DNA of 64,000 nt, from contig JBGATO010000003.1 in the NCBI GenBank assembly GCA_044229145.1, forward strand, positions 1 through 64,000. The letters are read 5' to 3'. Within the stretch, counting starts at the first letter, position 1, and every line of letters begins with the position of its first letter. Both the position numbers and the translations under genes were made by a program. Source of the stretch: Candidatus Eiseniibacteriota bacterium. Lineage in GTDB: Bacteria > Eisenbacteria > RBG-16-71-46 > CAZEPH01. Positions 48,660 to 59,288 of the stretch are shown here, in pieces. The notes beneath the pieces were generated by a model that saw nothing but the letters and a program-made list of their open reading frames with translations, ran no database searches and was not told the DNA's origin.

Positions 48660-51566
48660 GTGCCACGTCACACGTGCCGGGTGACAGGGTCCAGATGGGT
48701 TAGCGCATGCGCGCTGGCCATCAGCTATGCCTTGATTGGGCGGGCGAGCCTGCTGTTTGCCGTGCCGCCGAGTACGACCTCGCTGGCATGGCCCGCCGCC
48801 GGGCTTGCCGTCGTGTGCGTCTGCTTCGGCGGATGGGCCACCGTGATTCCGGTGGCGATGGGCGCGTTGGCCCTCCAGTTGTGGATTCATGGGATCGCCG
48901 CAGGTGTGCGCGATCCTGGCGTGTGGGGCGTCGCGGCGAGCGCCGTGTTGCATGCCGCCGCCGCGCGGTTCTTGATTCGCCGGGCGCTTGGCCAGCGGGA
49001 AGTCCTCGCGCAGCCGGGCGCGGTCGTTGGCTTTCTGTCGCTCGGTGGGCCGGTGGCGGCGTTGGTCAGCGCCACCTGCGGTGTCGCCTCGCTGCGAATC
49101 GCCGGCGTGCTGCCCGACGACGCAGTCGCGGCGAATTGGTTCGCGTGGTGGGTGGGCGACACCCTCGGCGTCGTGGCCTTTGCGCCGCTCTTCCTCGTCC
49201 TCTTGGTGCCGCGCGCGGAACAACTCGGCCGCAAGGGCCCCCTCATCATCGTGCCGCTCGGCGCGGCCTACGTCACGATCTTCGCGTGCTTTATCTTCGC
49301 GTGCTTCTACTTCGCGGTGCGGTTGGATGCGAGCCATCTCCGCGACGAGATCGCACGGCGCGCGGTGTCGCACGAGAACATCGTGCGCGAGTCGTTTGAC
49401 GCCGCGCTCGAGGCGCCGCTCGCGATGCGCGACATGGTGGAGCAGCGCGACGCCACGCCGCTCGATGCGGTGCACGTCATCGGCACGGGGTTCGCCGCGC
49501 GGCATCCGGAAGTTCGCGCCGTCGAGTGGGTCGATCTGGTGCCGGCCGCGCAGCGGCCCCGTTACGAACGCGCACCGCACGACTACCCCTTCCCATGGAT
49601 CACCGAGCGTGACGCCGCAGGGCGCCTCGTTCGTGCCGGAGCGCGCGCGGTCTACTACCCAGTGAGCGCGGCCGAGCCGCTCGCCGGAAATCGCCTCGCC
49701 CTTGGCTACGATCTCGGGTCGAACGCGATCCGCCGCGCGGCTCTCGAGCATGCCGAAGCGACGGGCGAGCCCGCGATCACCGAACGCATCGATCTCGTGC
49801 AAGGTCGCGGCAAGACGCCGGGGATCCTGGTCGTGGTACCAGTGTACGGAGCCGCCGATGGTGCGCGCCCCGGGGCTGCGAGCCGGCGCGGCAAGGCGAT
49901 CGGATTCACCGTCTCGGTGGTCGATCTGACCACGCTTTTCGACAGCCACTTGCACGCCGAGCACGAAGAAGGCTTGGGCGCGCAGTTGGTCGACATCGAT
50001 GCCCCGCCCTCACGGCGCGAACTGTACGCGTCGCGCGACGGTGCCGCCTCTCCGTCCGACGCCGTGGCCCACGGCACGCTGATCTGGAATGAGCCGATTG
50101 CCTTCGCGGGGCGGCACTACGAACTGCGCCTGTTTGGGACGCCGGCATTCATCGCGGCACATCGCTCACTTTTGCCGTGGACGGTGCTGGTGCTCGGCTT
50201 GCTGTTCTGCTCGATGCTCGGGACGATCCTGCTGCTGCACGGAACCCGCGCGGCCACCCTGGCGCGCGAAGTGCGCGCACGCACCGTGGGATTGCGTCGC
50301 GCGCTCAGGCGCGAAACACGTGCCCGTCGCGACCGCGAACGCATCCAGCACGCGCTCGAGCGTGAGCACGACGCAGCGGAGGCCGCACGCGCCGACGCCG
50401 AAGCGGCCAGCCGCGCAAAGAGCCGCTTCCTCGCCACGCTCTCGCACGAACTCCGGACGCCGCTCAATGGCGTGTTGGGGATGAGCGAGCATCTGATGGA
50501 GTCGCCACTGCTGCCCGAGCAGCGCGAGTCGGTGCGGACGCTGGCGACCTCGGCGGACGCCCTCTCGCGATTGTTGGGGGACATTCTCGACTTCGCGCGC
50601 ATCGAAGCCGGCCGGCTCGATCTCGAAGCTACGCCTGTGTGGATTCACGAGGTCGTGCACGATGTCGTACGGCTGTGCGAACCGGCGGCGCACGATAAGT
50701 GCCTCGACCTCTCGTGGGAAATCCACGAGTCGGTCCCGCCGTGTGTGCTGGGCGATCGCACGCGCCTGCAGGCGATTCTGCTCAACGTCGTGGGGAACGC
50801 CGTGAAGTTCACGCCACGAGGTTGGGTGCGCATCCAGATCAGCGCCGACGCGCCCGAGGGCGATCAGGTGCGCCTGCACTTCCGCGTCGCGGACTCCGGC
50901 ATCGGCATCGCGCCGTCCGCGCACGAGTCGATCTTCGAACCCTTCTCGCAGGTCGAGAGCTCGATGGCCCGTCGCTACGGCGGCGTCGGCATGGGCCTCA
51001 GCGTGGCGCGGCAGCTCGTGGAGGCGATGGGCGGTAGCATCGGAGTCGAGTCGGCGGTGGGGTGGGGCGCCACGTTCGCGTGGACGGTCAATGTGCAACC
51101 GGCCACCGACCGCGAGATGCAGTTCGCCACCTGTGGCTGGGAGCCGGCGGCGCGCCCGGCGGAGAGTCCCGCGCCACGCGGTCGCGGCCGCCTCTTGGTG
51201 GTCGATGACACGCCGCTCAACGTCCTGGTGGCGACGCGCATCCTCCAGCGGCTCGGCTATGAAACGCGCGAAGCGACTTCGGGTGCCGCCGCCCTCGAGA
51301 TCCTCGCCGAGGACGACATCGACTTGGTCTTCATGGACTGTCAGATGCCGGAAATGGACGGCTTCGAAACCACGCGGAGCATCCGCAATCCGACGTCCGG
51401 CGTGCGCAATCCCCAGGTGCCGGTCGTCGCGCTCACCGCCAATGCGCTCGTCGGCGACCGCGAGCTGTGTCTGGCCGCCGGAATGAATGACTACCTGAGC
51501 AAGCCGGTCAAGACCGAGGGGATCGAAACCGTGCTGGCGAAGTGGACGGCAAGCGCCGCTGCGTGA
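48660..51566 (+). CDS. Hybrid sensor histidine kinase: MASE1 + CHASE + HisKA + HATPase + receiver
   Basis: WPAAG and WWVGDTLG (MASE1); ALGYDLGS...RRAAL (CHASE); KSRFLATLSHELRTPLNG, NAVKFT, DSGIG, G.GMGL; FMDCQMPEMDG, KP. Start codon uncertain. Confidence 0.92.
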   Translation: MPRHTCRVTGSRWVSACALAISYALIGRASLLFAVPPSTTSLAWPAAGLAVVCVCFGGWATVIPVAMGALALQLWIHGIAAGVRDPGVWGVAASAVLHAAAARFLIRRALGQREVLAQPGAVVGFLSLGGPVAALVSATCGVASLRIAGVLPDDAVAANWFAWWVGDTLGVVAFAPLFLVLLVPRAEQLGRKGPLIIVPLGAAYVTIFACFIFACFYFAVRLDASHLRDEIARRAVSHENIVRESFDAALEAPLAMRDMVEQRDATPLDAVHVIGTGFAARHPEVRAVEWVDLVPAAQRPRYERAPHDYPFPWITERDAAGRLVRAGARAVYYPVSAAEPLAGNRLALGYDLGSNAIRRAALEHAEATGEPAITERIDLVQGRGKTPGILVVVPVYGAADGARPGAASRRGKAIGFTVSVVDLTTLFDSHLHAEHEEGLGAQLVDIDAPPSRRELYASRDGAASPSDAVAHGTLIWNEPIAFAGRHYELRLFGTPAFIAAHRSLLPWTVLVLGLLFCSMLGTILLLHGTRAATLAREVRARTVGLRRALRRETRARRDRERIQHALEREHDAAEAARADAEAASRAKSRFLATLSHELRTPLNGVLGMSEHLMESPLLPEQRESVRTLATSADALSRLLGDILDFARIEAGRLDLEATPVWIHEVVHDVVRLCEPAAHDKCLDLSWEIHESVPPCVLGDRTRLQAILLNVVGNAVKFTPRGWVRIQISADAPEGDQVRLHFRVADSGIGIAPSAHESIFEPFSQVESSMARRYGGVGMGLSVARQLVEAMGGSIGVESAVGWGATFAWTVNVQPATDREMQFATCGWEPAARPAESPAPRGRGRLLVVDDTPLNVLVATRILQRLGYETREATSGAAALEILAEDDIDLVFMDCQMPEMDGFETTRSIRNPTSGVRNPQVPVVALTANALVGDRELCLAAGMNDYLSKPVKTEGIETVLAKWTASAAA

Positions 51567-51579
51567 CGACTGCAATCCC

Positions 51580-51613
51580 GGCGGCGGCGCGCGCCTGCAG
51601 CGCGCCGCCGTCC
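51580..51613. terminator. Hairpin between the convergent histidine kinase and VPS10 genes
   Basis: ggcggcggcgcgc-gcctgca-gcgcgccgccgtc. Confidence 0.45.
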
Positions 51614-51624
51614 GGCATCCTCCG

Positions 51625-54600
51625 CTACTTCCCGTCCTGCTTACGCTGCCATTCCTCCTCGGTGAGCGGCGTCACCGGTTCGGCGTGGTCGGTCACCAAG
51701 AGCGCGTTGACGTCGCGAAGTTCGGTGCCGCTCAGTGTGAGCCAGCGCGTGCGCGCGCCGTCGATCTGCTTCGCGAGCACGGCCGCGTAGGCGACTTGCG
51801 AGTCGGTGGGGCGGCCGTCGTAGCCGTTCACCGCGCCGTACAGCGAGGCGAGCTTCTCGCGCAGCTGCACTTCGCCGCCCAAGATGCCGCCGCCGCGGGT
51901 GGCCACCAGCGTGCCGCGCAATTCCTCGAGCGTGGTCGCCAAGCGCAGCGCGCGCTTCGCCGTCTTGCTGGTGGCTGGGAGCGCCGCTGCCCGCGCCTTG
52001 AGCTGATCGCGCACCTCGGCGAGCGCGCCGACGGTGTAGGCGAAGTGCCCCATGAGGTCGTAGAGCGAGGTCACCAACTGCTGCTGCGCGGCGCGATCCG
52101 CGGCGCTGTACGTGGCGCGCGGATCTCCGACGATCGTCACCTGCGACGTGTAGGTCTTGTCGCCCTTGGTGAGCTTCACCGAGTAGGTGCCCTCGGCGAC
52201 GCGCGGCCCGAGGAACGCGTACTGATTGGTCACGGCGCCATCGCCCGCCGGCGTACGCGGCGGCTTGCGGCGCATCGGCCACTGCACGCGGTTGAGGCCG
52301 CGGCGCTTGCCGCCGGGGAAACTCGCCATCACGGTGCCGTCCGCCGCGGTGATCTCGAGCTTGAGGTCGCCGAGCAGGTGGCGCTTCTTGAGGTAGTAGG
52401 TGATGGTCGCCACCTCGGGCAATGCATCGCCGATCCAGAACTGTCCGCCGTCGAAGCGCTGCTCGCCGGTCGGAATCAGCATCGTCGACGGACGCGAGGG
52501 CAGGAAGGCGACATCCTGCTGTGCGGCGTCGGCGGTCATCGCACGCAGCGGTGTGAGATCGTCGAAGATCCAGATGCCGCGACCGTGCGTGGCGATCACG
52601 AGGTCGCCTTCGCGCGGGTGGATCGCCAGGTCGCGTACCGCGACCGGCGGGAAGTCGCCGCCGATGCGCGCCCAGTGCGCGCCATCGTCGAACGACACGT
52701 GCAGGCCGTTCTCGGTGCCCCAGAACAGCAGGCGCGGATTCACGGTGTCCTGGCGAATGCAGTGCGCGTAGCCACTGACGCCGTCGGTGGCGAGCGCGCG
52801 CCAGGTGGCGCCGAAGTCGGTGGTGACGAACGCGCGTGGCGTCATGTCGCCGAAGGTATGGCCGTCGAGCGTCACGTAGCACGTCCCAGCCTCGAAGCTG
52901 CTCGGCGCGACGTACGACACCCAGGTACACGGCGGCACGCCGCGCAGATTCTTCGTCACGTTGGCCCATGAGCGCCCGCCGTCGCGCGTCACCTGGAGAT
53001 TGCCGTCGTCGGTGCCCACCCACACGACGTTCGAGTCGCGCGGCGATTCGCCGATCGCGTAGATCGTGCAGTGATTCTCGGCGCTCGTGTTGTCGCGGCT
53101 CAGGCCGCCACTGTCCATCTGGCGCAGCTTGAGCGGATTGTTGGTGGTGAGGTCGGGCGAGATCTTCGTCCACGAATCACCATGATCGGTGGAGCGGTAG
53201 AGCGCTTGCGCGCCCATGTAGAGCGTGCCGCCACGCGCCGCCGACACGTGCAGCGGGGTGTTCCAGTTGAAGCGCAAGTCCGGCTCGCCGGCCGCGGGGT
53301 AGGGCGCGATCTCCTTCGACTCGCCGGTGGAGCGCCGCACGCGCGACAGCTTGCCGCCCTGGTATTCCGTGTACACGATGTCGCGATCGACCGGATCGAC
53401 GAAGGACCAGAAGCCATCTCCGCCATTCAGATTGCGCCAATTCCACGGCGACACGCCGCCCGCTGCCGTCGACGGGCCCATCCACGTGCCGTTGTCCTGC
53501 AGGCCGCCGTAGACGTTGTACGGACGATCCATGTCGTAGGTCACGTGATAGAACTGCGCGACCGGCAGCGCTTGCAGGAACCGCCAGTCATTGCCGCGGT
53601 CCTCCGACATGTACACGCCGCCGTCGGTGCCGGTGATCATCTGGTACGGGTTCGACGGATTGATCCAGAGCGCGTGGTGGTCGCTGTGCACGCCGCCACC
53701 GACGCCGGAGAACGTCTTGCCGCCGTCATCGCTCATGCCGGTGCTCAGCGAGCACTTGAAGACGCGCTGATCGTTGGTGGGATCGACGACGACGCGCTGG
53801 AAGTAGAACGGGCGCAGCGTCGCGGCGCTGCCGGAGTTGGTGCGCTGCCAGGTGTCGCCGCCGTCGTCGCTGCGGAAGAAGCCGCTCTCCTTCGCCTCGA
53901 CCGCCGCGTAGACGGTGGATGGCTTGGACGGCGCCACCGCGACCGCGACGCGCCCGAGGTCACCACTCGGCAGGCCGCGCGAGAGACGCGTCCACGTCGC
54001 GCCGCCGTCGGTGCTGCGGAACAGGCCGCTCCCGGTGCCGCCGCTCGCGAACGACCAGCCGGTGCGCCGGAACGACCACATTCCGGCGAACACCACGCGC
54101 GGATTCTTCGGGTCCAGACTGACGTCGCTGCACCCGGTGCGTGCGTCGCCGGGCAGCACGCACGTCCAGGTCTTGCCGCCGTCGGTGGTCTTGTAGAGCC
54201 CGCGCTCGCCGCCGTCGCTCCACAGGCGTCCGGTGGCGGCGACGTATACGACGTCCGAGTTCGTCGGGTCGATGGCGATGGTCGCGATGCGCTCGCTGGT
54301 GGCGAGGCCCATCTTCGTCCACGACTGGCCGCCGTCGGTGGTCTTGTAGACGCCGTCGCCGGCGCTGACGCTGTTGCGCGTCCACGACTCGCCGGTGCCC
54401 ACCCACACCGTCTGCGGATGGGCGTGGTCGATGGCGATCGCGCCGATCGACTGCGTGTACTTGTCGAACACCGGCTTGAACGTGACGCCGCCGTCGGCCG
54501 ACTTCCACACCCCGCCGCCGGCCGCGCCGGCCCAGATCGTGAGTTTGTCGCCTTGGTGCGCATCGAGCGCGGCGATCCGGCCACCCATGGTGGCGGGGCC

Positions 54601-54732
54601 GATGCAGCGCGGCGCGACGCCACCGAGTGCATCGGAGTCGATCACGATGTCGTCGGCGCGCAGCGGAGCCGCAGCGAAGGACAGAGCGGCACAGGCGGCC
54701 GCGGCGAGAGTCAGGGCGCGATGCGCGTCCAT
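51625..54732 (-). CDS. Secreted VPS10/sortilin-like BNR (Asp-box) beta-propeller protein, putative glycosyl hydrolase
   Basis: Signal peptide from MDAHRAL; IGPATMGGRI, repeated [ST].DGG.[TS]W Asp-boxes, VHSDHHALWINP, YGGLQDNG, RFNWNTP, ATHGRG. Confidence 0.88.
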   Translation of the reverse strand: MDAHRALTLAAAACAALSFAAAPLRADDIVIDSDALGGVAPRCIGPATMGGRIAALDAHQGDKLTIWAGAAGGGVWKSADGGVTFKPVFDKYTQSIGAIAIDHAHPQTVWVGTGESWTRNSVSAGDGVYKTTDGGQSWTKMGLATSERIATIAIDPTNSDVVYVAATGRLWSDGGERGLYKTTDGGKTWTCVLPGDARTGCSDVSLDPKNPRVVFAGMWSFRRTGWSFASGGTGSGLFRSTDGGATWTRLSRGLPSGDLGRVAVAVAPSKPSTVYAAVEAKESGFFRSDDGGDTWQRTNSGSAATLRPFYFQRVVVDPTNDQRVFKCSLSTGMSDDGGKTFSGVGGGVHSDHHALWINPSNPYQMITGTDGGVYMSEDRGNDWRFLQALPVAQFYHVTYDMDRPYNVYGGLQDNGTWMGPSTAAGGVSPWNWRNLNGGDGFWSFVDPVDRDIVYTEYQGGKLSRVRRSTGESKEIAPYPAAGEPDLRFNWNTPLHVSAARGGTLYMGAQALYRSTDHGDSWTKISPDLTTNNPLKLRQMDSGGLSRDNTSAENHCTIYAIGESPRDSNVVWVGTDDGNLQVTRDGGRSWANVTKNLRGVPPCTWVSYVAPSSFEAGTCYVTLDGHTFGDMTPRAFVTTDFGATWRALATDGVSGYAHCIRQDTVNPRLLFWGTENGLHVSFDDGAHWARIGGDFPPVAVRDLAIHPREGDLVIATHGRGIWIFDDLTPLRAMTADAAQQDVAFLPSRPSTMLIPTGEQRFDGGQFWIGDALPEVATITYYLKKRHLLGDLKLEITAADGTVMASFPGGKRRGLNRVQWPMRRKPPRTPAGDGAVTNQYAFLGPRVAEGTYSVKLTKGDKTYTSQVTIVGDPRATYSAADRAAQQQLVTSLYDLMGHFAYTVGALAEVRDQLKARAAALPATSKTAKRALRLATTLEELRGTLVATRGGGILGGEVQLREKLASLYGAVNGYDGRPTDSQVAYAAVLAKQIDGARTRWLTLSGTELRDVNALLVTDHAEPVTPLTEEEWQRKQDGK

Positions 54733-54809
54733 GGCACCTCCGGGAGACATGCGGGGGGAGAAGACGACGCGCCGGAGTCGCGGACGACCCCGGCGCGCGT
54801 ACACCTGCG

Positions 54810-55676
54810 CTACTTCTTCTTGGCGGGCGCCTTGGCGTCGGCCTTCGCCTTGTCGGCGGCGGCGTCCGGCGCCTTGCCGGCATCCTTCACGACATCGCCG
54901 GCCGGGCCGCCGGTGCTCGGCGTCCCTCCGCCGTCGCCTTCGGCCTTCGCCGGCATCGAGAACTGCACGGTGCTCACGTCGATGTTCGTCTCGATCTTCT
55001 CGGCGATCATCTTCTGCGAGCCCGGCGCGCCTTCCGCCGAGTTCTCGGTGGTGAACGGGTAGAGCACGCCGTTGACTTCCTTGTAGTCGCTGAACGACGT
55101 GCTCGCGGTGACGTCCTTGCCGCGCATGTTCATCGTCGCGACTTCCTTGATCTCGAGGAAGGCTTCGGCGTCGAGGTAGATGGTGCGCACGTCGCCGCTC
55201 TTGAGCGTGACCTTGATCTTGTACGCATCGGTGCCGTCCACCGACTCCTTGCCGAGCAATTCGAGCTTGTTGCCCTTGGCCTCCCAATCCACCAGCGGGC
55301 CATCGATGTCGGCCTGATTCTGGATTTCCTTGGACTGGTCCGGCGGCATCGGTTCGGCGTTCTTCTGGCCCATGAACGGCATCAGCATCCACGCGGTGGT
55401 GCCGTCGTAGCCCTGCATGCCGGTCATGCCCATCGCGGTGAACTCGATGTGCAGCTTGTTCGGGCGCGCCCCGATGAACGTGAAGGGCGCCTGCATCTCG
55501 CCCATGGAGAACGTGCCGGTCATCTTGACGGAGTTCACGGCCTTGATCTTGTCCAGACCGCCGCGCGCCTTGTAGTAGTTGGTGAGGACGGTGTTGAGGT
55601 CCTGGGCGTGGGCCATCGACGACAGCGTGGCGAGCGCACAGGCCACGCCCAACGCGCGAACGAACGTGCGGGACAT
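54810..55676 (-). CDS. LolA-like (outer-membrane lipoprotein-sorting-like) periplasmic protein
   Basis: Signal peptide; ARGGLDKIKAVNS, GYDGTTAW, GKESVDGTDAYKIKVT, FSDYKEVNGVLYPF. Confidence 0.75.
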   Translation of the reverse strand: MSRTFVRALGVACALATLSSMAHAQDLNTVLTNYYKARGGLDKIKAVNSVKMTGTFSMGEMQAPFTFIGARPNKLHIEFTAMGMTGMQGYDGTTAWMLMPFMGQKNAEPMPPDQSKEIQNQADIDGPLVDWEAKGNKLELLGKESVDGTDAYKIKVTLKSGDVRTIYLDAEAFLEIKEVATMNMRGKDVTASTSFSDYKEVNGVLYPFTTENSAEGAPGSQKMIAEKIETNIDVSTVQFSMPAKAEGDGGGTPSTGGPAGDVVKDAGKAPDAAADKAKADAKAPAKKK

Positions 55677-55784
55677 CAGCTTCTCCTTGAGCACGGTGAC
55701 GCTCCTGGCGCGCGCACCCCTCTGGCGCGGCGACCGGCTGAGCGTGGATCGGGACGGCAGTCCCGGCGGGGCATGATACCGCCC

Positions 55785-58046
55785 TTAGACGGAGGGTGGC
55801 GAGGCCTGGTTGCGGGCCGCGGGAGCCGCCGATTGGTCCGCGGGCACAAGTAACACGACGCTGAGCGGGGCGAGGTCGAGCTGGAGCACGGGCCCGGCGG
55901 CGCCGCGCTTCTTGCGCGCCGTGATGCTGCGCTGCCGGGCGTGGCCGGCACCTCCGTAGCGCGGGGCGTCGGAATTGAGGGCGACGCGGTACTTGCCGCG
56001 CGCCGCGACAGGGCAGAGGTAGCCGTCCACCGCCTCGGCGCCCGCATTGACCACCACCACGACGTCGCGACCGCCGCCATCCCGCCGCCGGTAGGAGAAC
56101 ACCGGCCCGCGCGTCGCCGCGAAGTCGCACCAGGCGAAGCCGTCGTACGAGTGGTCGAGCGCGTGCAGCGCCGGCTCGTCGCGGTACAACGTCGCGAGGT
56201 CGCGCCACCAGCGATCGAGGCCGGCGTGCCGCGGCTCACGCGTCAGATCCCATTGCAGTTCGGCGTCGTGATTCCACTCGCGCCGCTGCCCGAATTCGCC
56301 GCCCATGAACAGCAGCTTCTTGCCGGGATACGTCATCAGGTAGCCGAGCACCGCGCGCAGCGAAGCCGCCTGCTGCGTTTCGTCGCCCGCCATCTTGTCG
56401 AACAGCGAGTGCTTGAGATGCACGACTTCGTCGTGACTGAACGGCAGCAGGTAGCGCTCGCTCATCGCGTACATCAGGCCGAACGTGACGAGATCCATGT
56501 GCGCGTAGCGGTGCTCCGGCGCGAGGCGGAAGAAACGCAGCGTGTCGTGCATCCAGCCCATGTTCCACTTGTAGTCGAAGCCAAGCCCGTCGTCGCCGAG
56601 CGCTCCGGTCACCTTGGGCCATGACGTCGATTCCTCGGCGAACGTCAGCACGCCGGGAAAGTAGTGGTGCACGACGCGATTGAACTCGCGCAGGAACGCC
56701 ACCGCTTCGAGGTTCTCGTTGCCACCCTTTTCGTTCGGCTCCCACTCGCCGTCGCGGCGTGAGTAGTTCAAGTACAACATCGACGCCACTGCGTCCACGC
56801 GCAGGCCGTCGATGTGATACTGGTCGAGCCAGTAGAGCGCCGAGGCGAGCAGGAACGCGCAGACTTCCTTGCGGCCATAGTTGTAGATGAAGGTGTTCCA
56901 GTCGTGATGGAAGCCCTTGCGCGGATCGGCGTGTTCGTAGAGGTGCGTGCCGTCGAAGAACGCGAGACCGTGACCGTCGCGCGGGAAGTGCGCCGGCACC
57001 CAGTCGAGCAGCACGCCGAGGCCGGCGCGGTGCGCGGTGTCGACGAGGAAACGGAAATCGTCCGGCGTGCCGAAGCGCGAAGTCGGCGCGAAGTAGCCGG
57101 TGGTTTGGTAGCCCCACGATCCGTCGAACGGATGCTCGCTCACCGGCAGCAACTCGAGGTGTGTGAAGCCGTGACGCACCGCGTACGGCACCAGGCGTCG
57201 CGCGATCTCGCGATACGACAACCAGCCGCCGTCCGCGTCGCGGCGCCACGAGCCGAGATGCACTTCGTAGATCGCCATCGGCTGGTCGGGTCTCTGGCGC
57301 GCGGCGCGGGTTGCCATCCATTCATCGTCGCGCCAGCGCGGCTTGCCGATGTCGTAGACGATGCTCGCGGTTTCCGGTCGTACTTCGGCGTGAAAGGCGA
57401 ACGGATCGGCCTTCGCGCCGGTGGCGTCTTTGTAGCGGCTGCGCAGGTGGAACTTGTAGGCGACGCCGGCCGCGAGACCCGGCACGAACAACTCCCACAG
57501 GCCGGTGCCCTCGCGCGGACGCATCGGATGCCGCGCCGGGTTCCAGTCGTTGAACGAGCCGATGACGCTGACGTTCGTCGCGTTCGGCGCCCATACGGCG
57601 AAGCGCACGCCCCGCAGTTTGCGTTCGCGCTTGGCCGGCGCGAGCGAGACGATGTGCGCGCCGAGCATGTGATAGAGACCGTGATGCGTGTTCTCGGCGA
57701 ACAGGTGGACGTCGTCGTCCGGGAGCGATGGGCCGCAGCGGTAGGGATCGTCCAACTCGCGCTCGGCGCCGTCGCGCGTGCGCAGCGCCAGGCGATAGGG
57801 AAACGCGCGCGTCTCGTCATCGAAGACCGCGGTGAACACGCCGGCCGGCAACACGCGGCGCATCGCCGTGCGTGCGTCTCCGCGCACCACCCACGCCTCC
57901 GCCGCCTCCGGCAAGAAGGCGCGAATCACCAGCCCGCGCGAGGTGGCGTCTTCCTCGTAGTGGGGCCCCAGCACCGCGAACGGATCGCGGCTGCGTCCCG
58001 CCACGATCTCCTGCAGTGCAGCAGCGAGCGCGGCGGGATCCTGCAT
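55785..58046 (-). CDS. glgB: 1,4-alpha-glucan branching enzyme
   Basis: DPFAVLG, FAVWAPNA, YEVHLGSW, WGYQ, DWVPAHF, DGLRVDAVASM, AEEST, SHDEVVH. Confidence 0.97.
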   Translation of the reverse strand: MQDPAALAAALQEIVAGRSRDPFAVLGPHYEEDATSRGLVIRAFLPEAAEAWVVRGDARTAMRRVLPAGVFTAVFDDETRAFPYRLALRTRDGAERELDDPYRCGPSLPDDDVHLFAENTHHGLYHMLGAHIVSLAPAKRERKLRGVRFAVWAPNATNVSVIGSFNDWNPARHPMRPREGTGLWELFVPGLAAGVAYKFHLRSRYKDATGAKADPFAFHAEVRPETASIVYDIGKPRWRDDEWMATRAARQRPDQPMAIYEVHLGSWRRDADGGWLSYREIARRLVPYAVRHGFTHLELLPVSEHPFDGSWGYQTTGYFAPTSRFGTPDDFRFLVDTAHRAGLGVLLDWVPAHFPRDGHGLAFFDGTHLYEHADPRKGFHHDWNTFIYNYGRKEVCAFLLASALYWLDQYHIDGLRVDAVASMLYLNYSRRDGEWEPNEKGGNENLEAVAFLREFNRVVHHYFPGVLTFAEESTSWPKVTGALGDDGLGFDYKWNMGWMHDTLRFFRLAPEHRYAHMDLVTFGLMYAMSERYLLPFSHDEVVHLKHSLFDKMAGDETQQAASLRAVLGYLMTYPGKKLLFMGGEFGQRREWNHDAELQWDLTREPRHAGLDRWWRDLATLYRDEPALHALDHSYDGFAWCDFAATRGPVFSYRRRDGGGRDVVVVVNAGAEAVDGYLCPVAARGKYRVALNSDAPRYGGAGHARQRSITARKKRGAAGPVLQLDLAPLSVVLLVPADQSAAPAARNQASPPSV

Positions 58047-58049
58047 CGA

Positions 58050-59261
58050 CTACTCCGCGTACATCTGCAGTTCGGCGCCGACGCGGCCGGCGATCTCGAA
58101 GGCGATGTCGCGGTCCGGGTGGCGAACGATCACCATGCCGTCGCTGATCAGCACCTGCTTCCAGTTGCGGCGCGGCGCGCCCACCGGCAGCAGGTCCACG
58201 ACGCAGATCCACTCGCCGAGTTCGCCCATCAAGTGTTCGAGGCCTTCGATGCGCGTGATGCGGCCTTCGCCCTGCGCGCGCTTGAAGATCGACGCGCAGT
58301 TGTATTTGCGGGTGATTTCCTGCGAGAAGGTGCCGCGCGTCACCGCCTCGGCCCAGCCGGTGAACAGGTCGAGGTCGCTGGCGTAGTTCATGATGTCGAC
58401 GGTGCGCGCGCCGGGCGGCCGCGCGCCGATCTCGCCGAACACCACTTCGCCGTCGGCCTTGCGATACCATTCCATGTGCGTGAAGCCGCTCTGGAAGCCC
58501 ATTGCGCGCAGCACGTCGAAGCCCATCTGCTTGCCGCCGGCGAGTTCCGCCGCGTCGGGATTGCGCAGCGCCATCGTCACCGGCGAAATCCACTGGTGCT
58601 GCCGCGAGGTCAGCGGACGCGGGCGGTACGAGCAGATGTTGTAGAACAGCACTTCGCCGTTCGCGCACACGGTGTCGAAGGTGAACTCGTCAGCCTCGAC
58701 GAATTCCTCGACACTGACCTCCTCGACGTGTTCGATGAGGCCGAGCACGCGTTCGAGTTCGCGTGTGTCGTCGACGCGATAGGTGTCCGCGCTGCCGGCG
58801 CCGGCGATCGGCTTGACGATGATCGGGAAGCCGATGCGCTCGGCCGCCGCGCGCACGTCCTTCGCCGTGGTGCACGAGTAGTGGTGCGGCGTGCGGATGC
58901 CGTGGCGGTCGAGCACGCGCTTCATTTCTTCCTTGTCGCGGAACGGCACCGTCTGCGCCACCGACATGCCGGGCACGCCGAGTGCCTCGCGGATCTTCGC
59001 CGCGAGGATCATCACCGGCTCCCACTGCGATTCGACGCGGTCGATGTGGTAGCCGCTGCGCAGCACCGTCTGCACCGCGTCCTCTTCGTCCTGGTACGAA
59101 CGAATCTGGATGTAGCCGCTGAGGGCCTCGCGCGCCTTGGGATCGAGCGCGCCTTCAGGCTGGTCGCCGCAGCCGATGACTTTCGCGCCGACGCGCGCCA
59201 AGCCGCGGGTGAACAGCGTCATCTCCACCGGATACGCCGGTGCGATCATCAGAACGTTCAT
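58050..59261 (-). CDS. ATP-grasp domain protein
   Basis: FRDKEEMK, GFPIIVKPIAGAGS, EEFV, HMEW, EIGARPPG. Confidence 0.88.
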   Translation of the reverse strand: MNVLMIAPAYPVEMTLFTRGLARVGAKVIGCGDQPEGALDPKAREALSGYIQIRSYQDEEDAVQTVLRSGYHIDRVESQWEPVMILAAKIREALGVPGMSVAQTVPFRDKEEMKRVLDRHGIRTPHHYSCTTAKDVRAAAERIGFPIIVKPIAGAGSADTYRVDDTRELERVLGLIEHVEEVSVEEFVEADEFTFDTVCANGEVLFYNICSYRPRPLTSRQHQWISPVTMALRNPDAAELAGGKQMGFDVLRAMGFQSGFTHMEWYRKADGEVVFGEIGARPPGARTVDIMNYASDLDLFTGWAEAVTRGTFSQEITRKYNCASIFKRAQGEGRITRIEGLEHLMGELGEWICVVDLLPVGAPRRNWKQVLISDGMVIVRHPDRDIAFEIAGRVGAELQMYAE

Positions 59262-59288
59262 GCGTGCCTCAAAGGGGGAGCGACGCGA

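Noticed and set aside
54733..56208. Apparent 490-aa N-terminal extension of the VPS10 protein
   Set aside because: It is an off-frame reading of the LolA-like gene and the end of glgB; the real start at 54732 has an RBS and a signal peptide.
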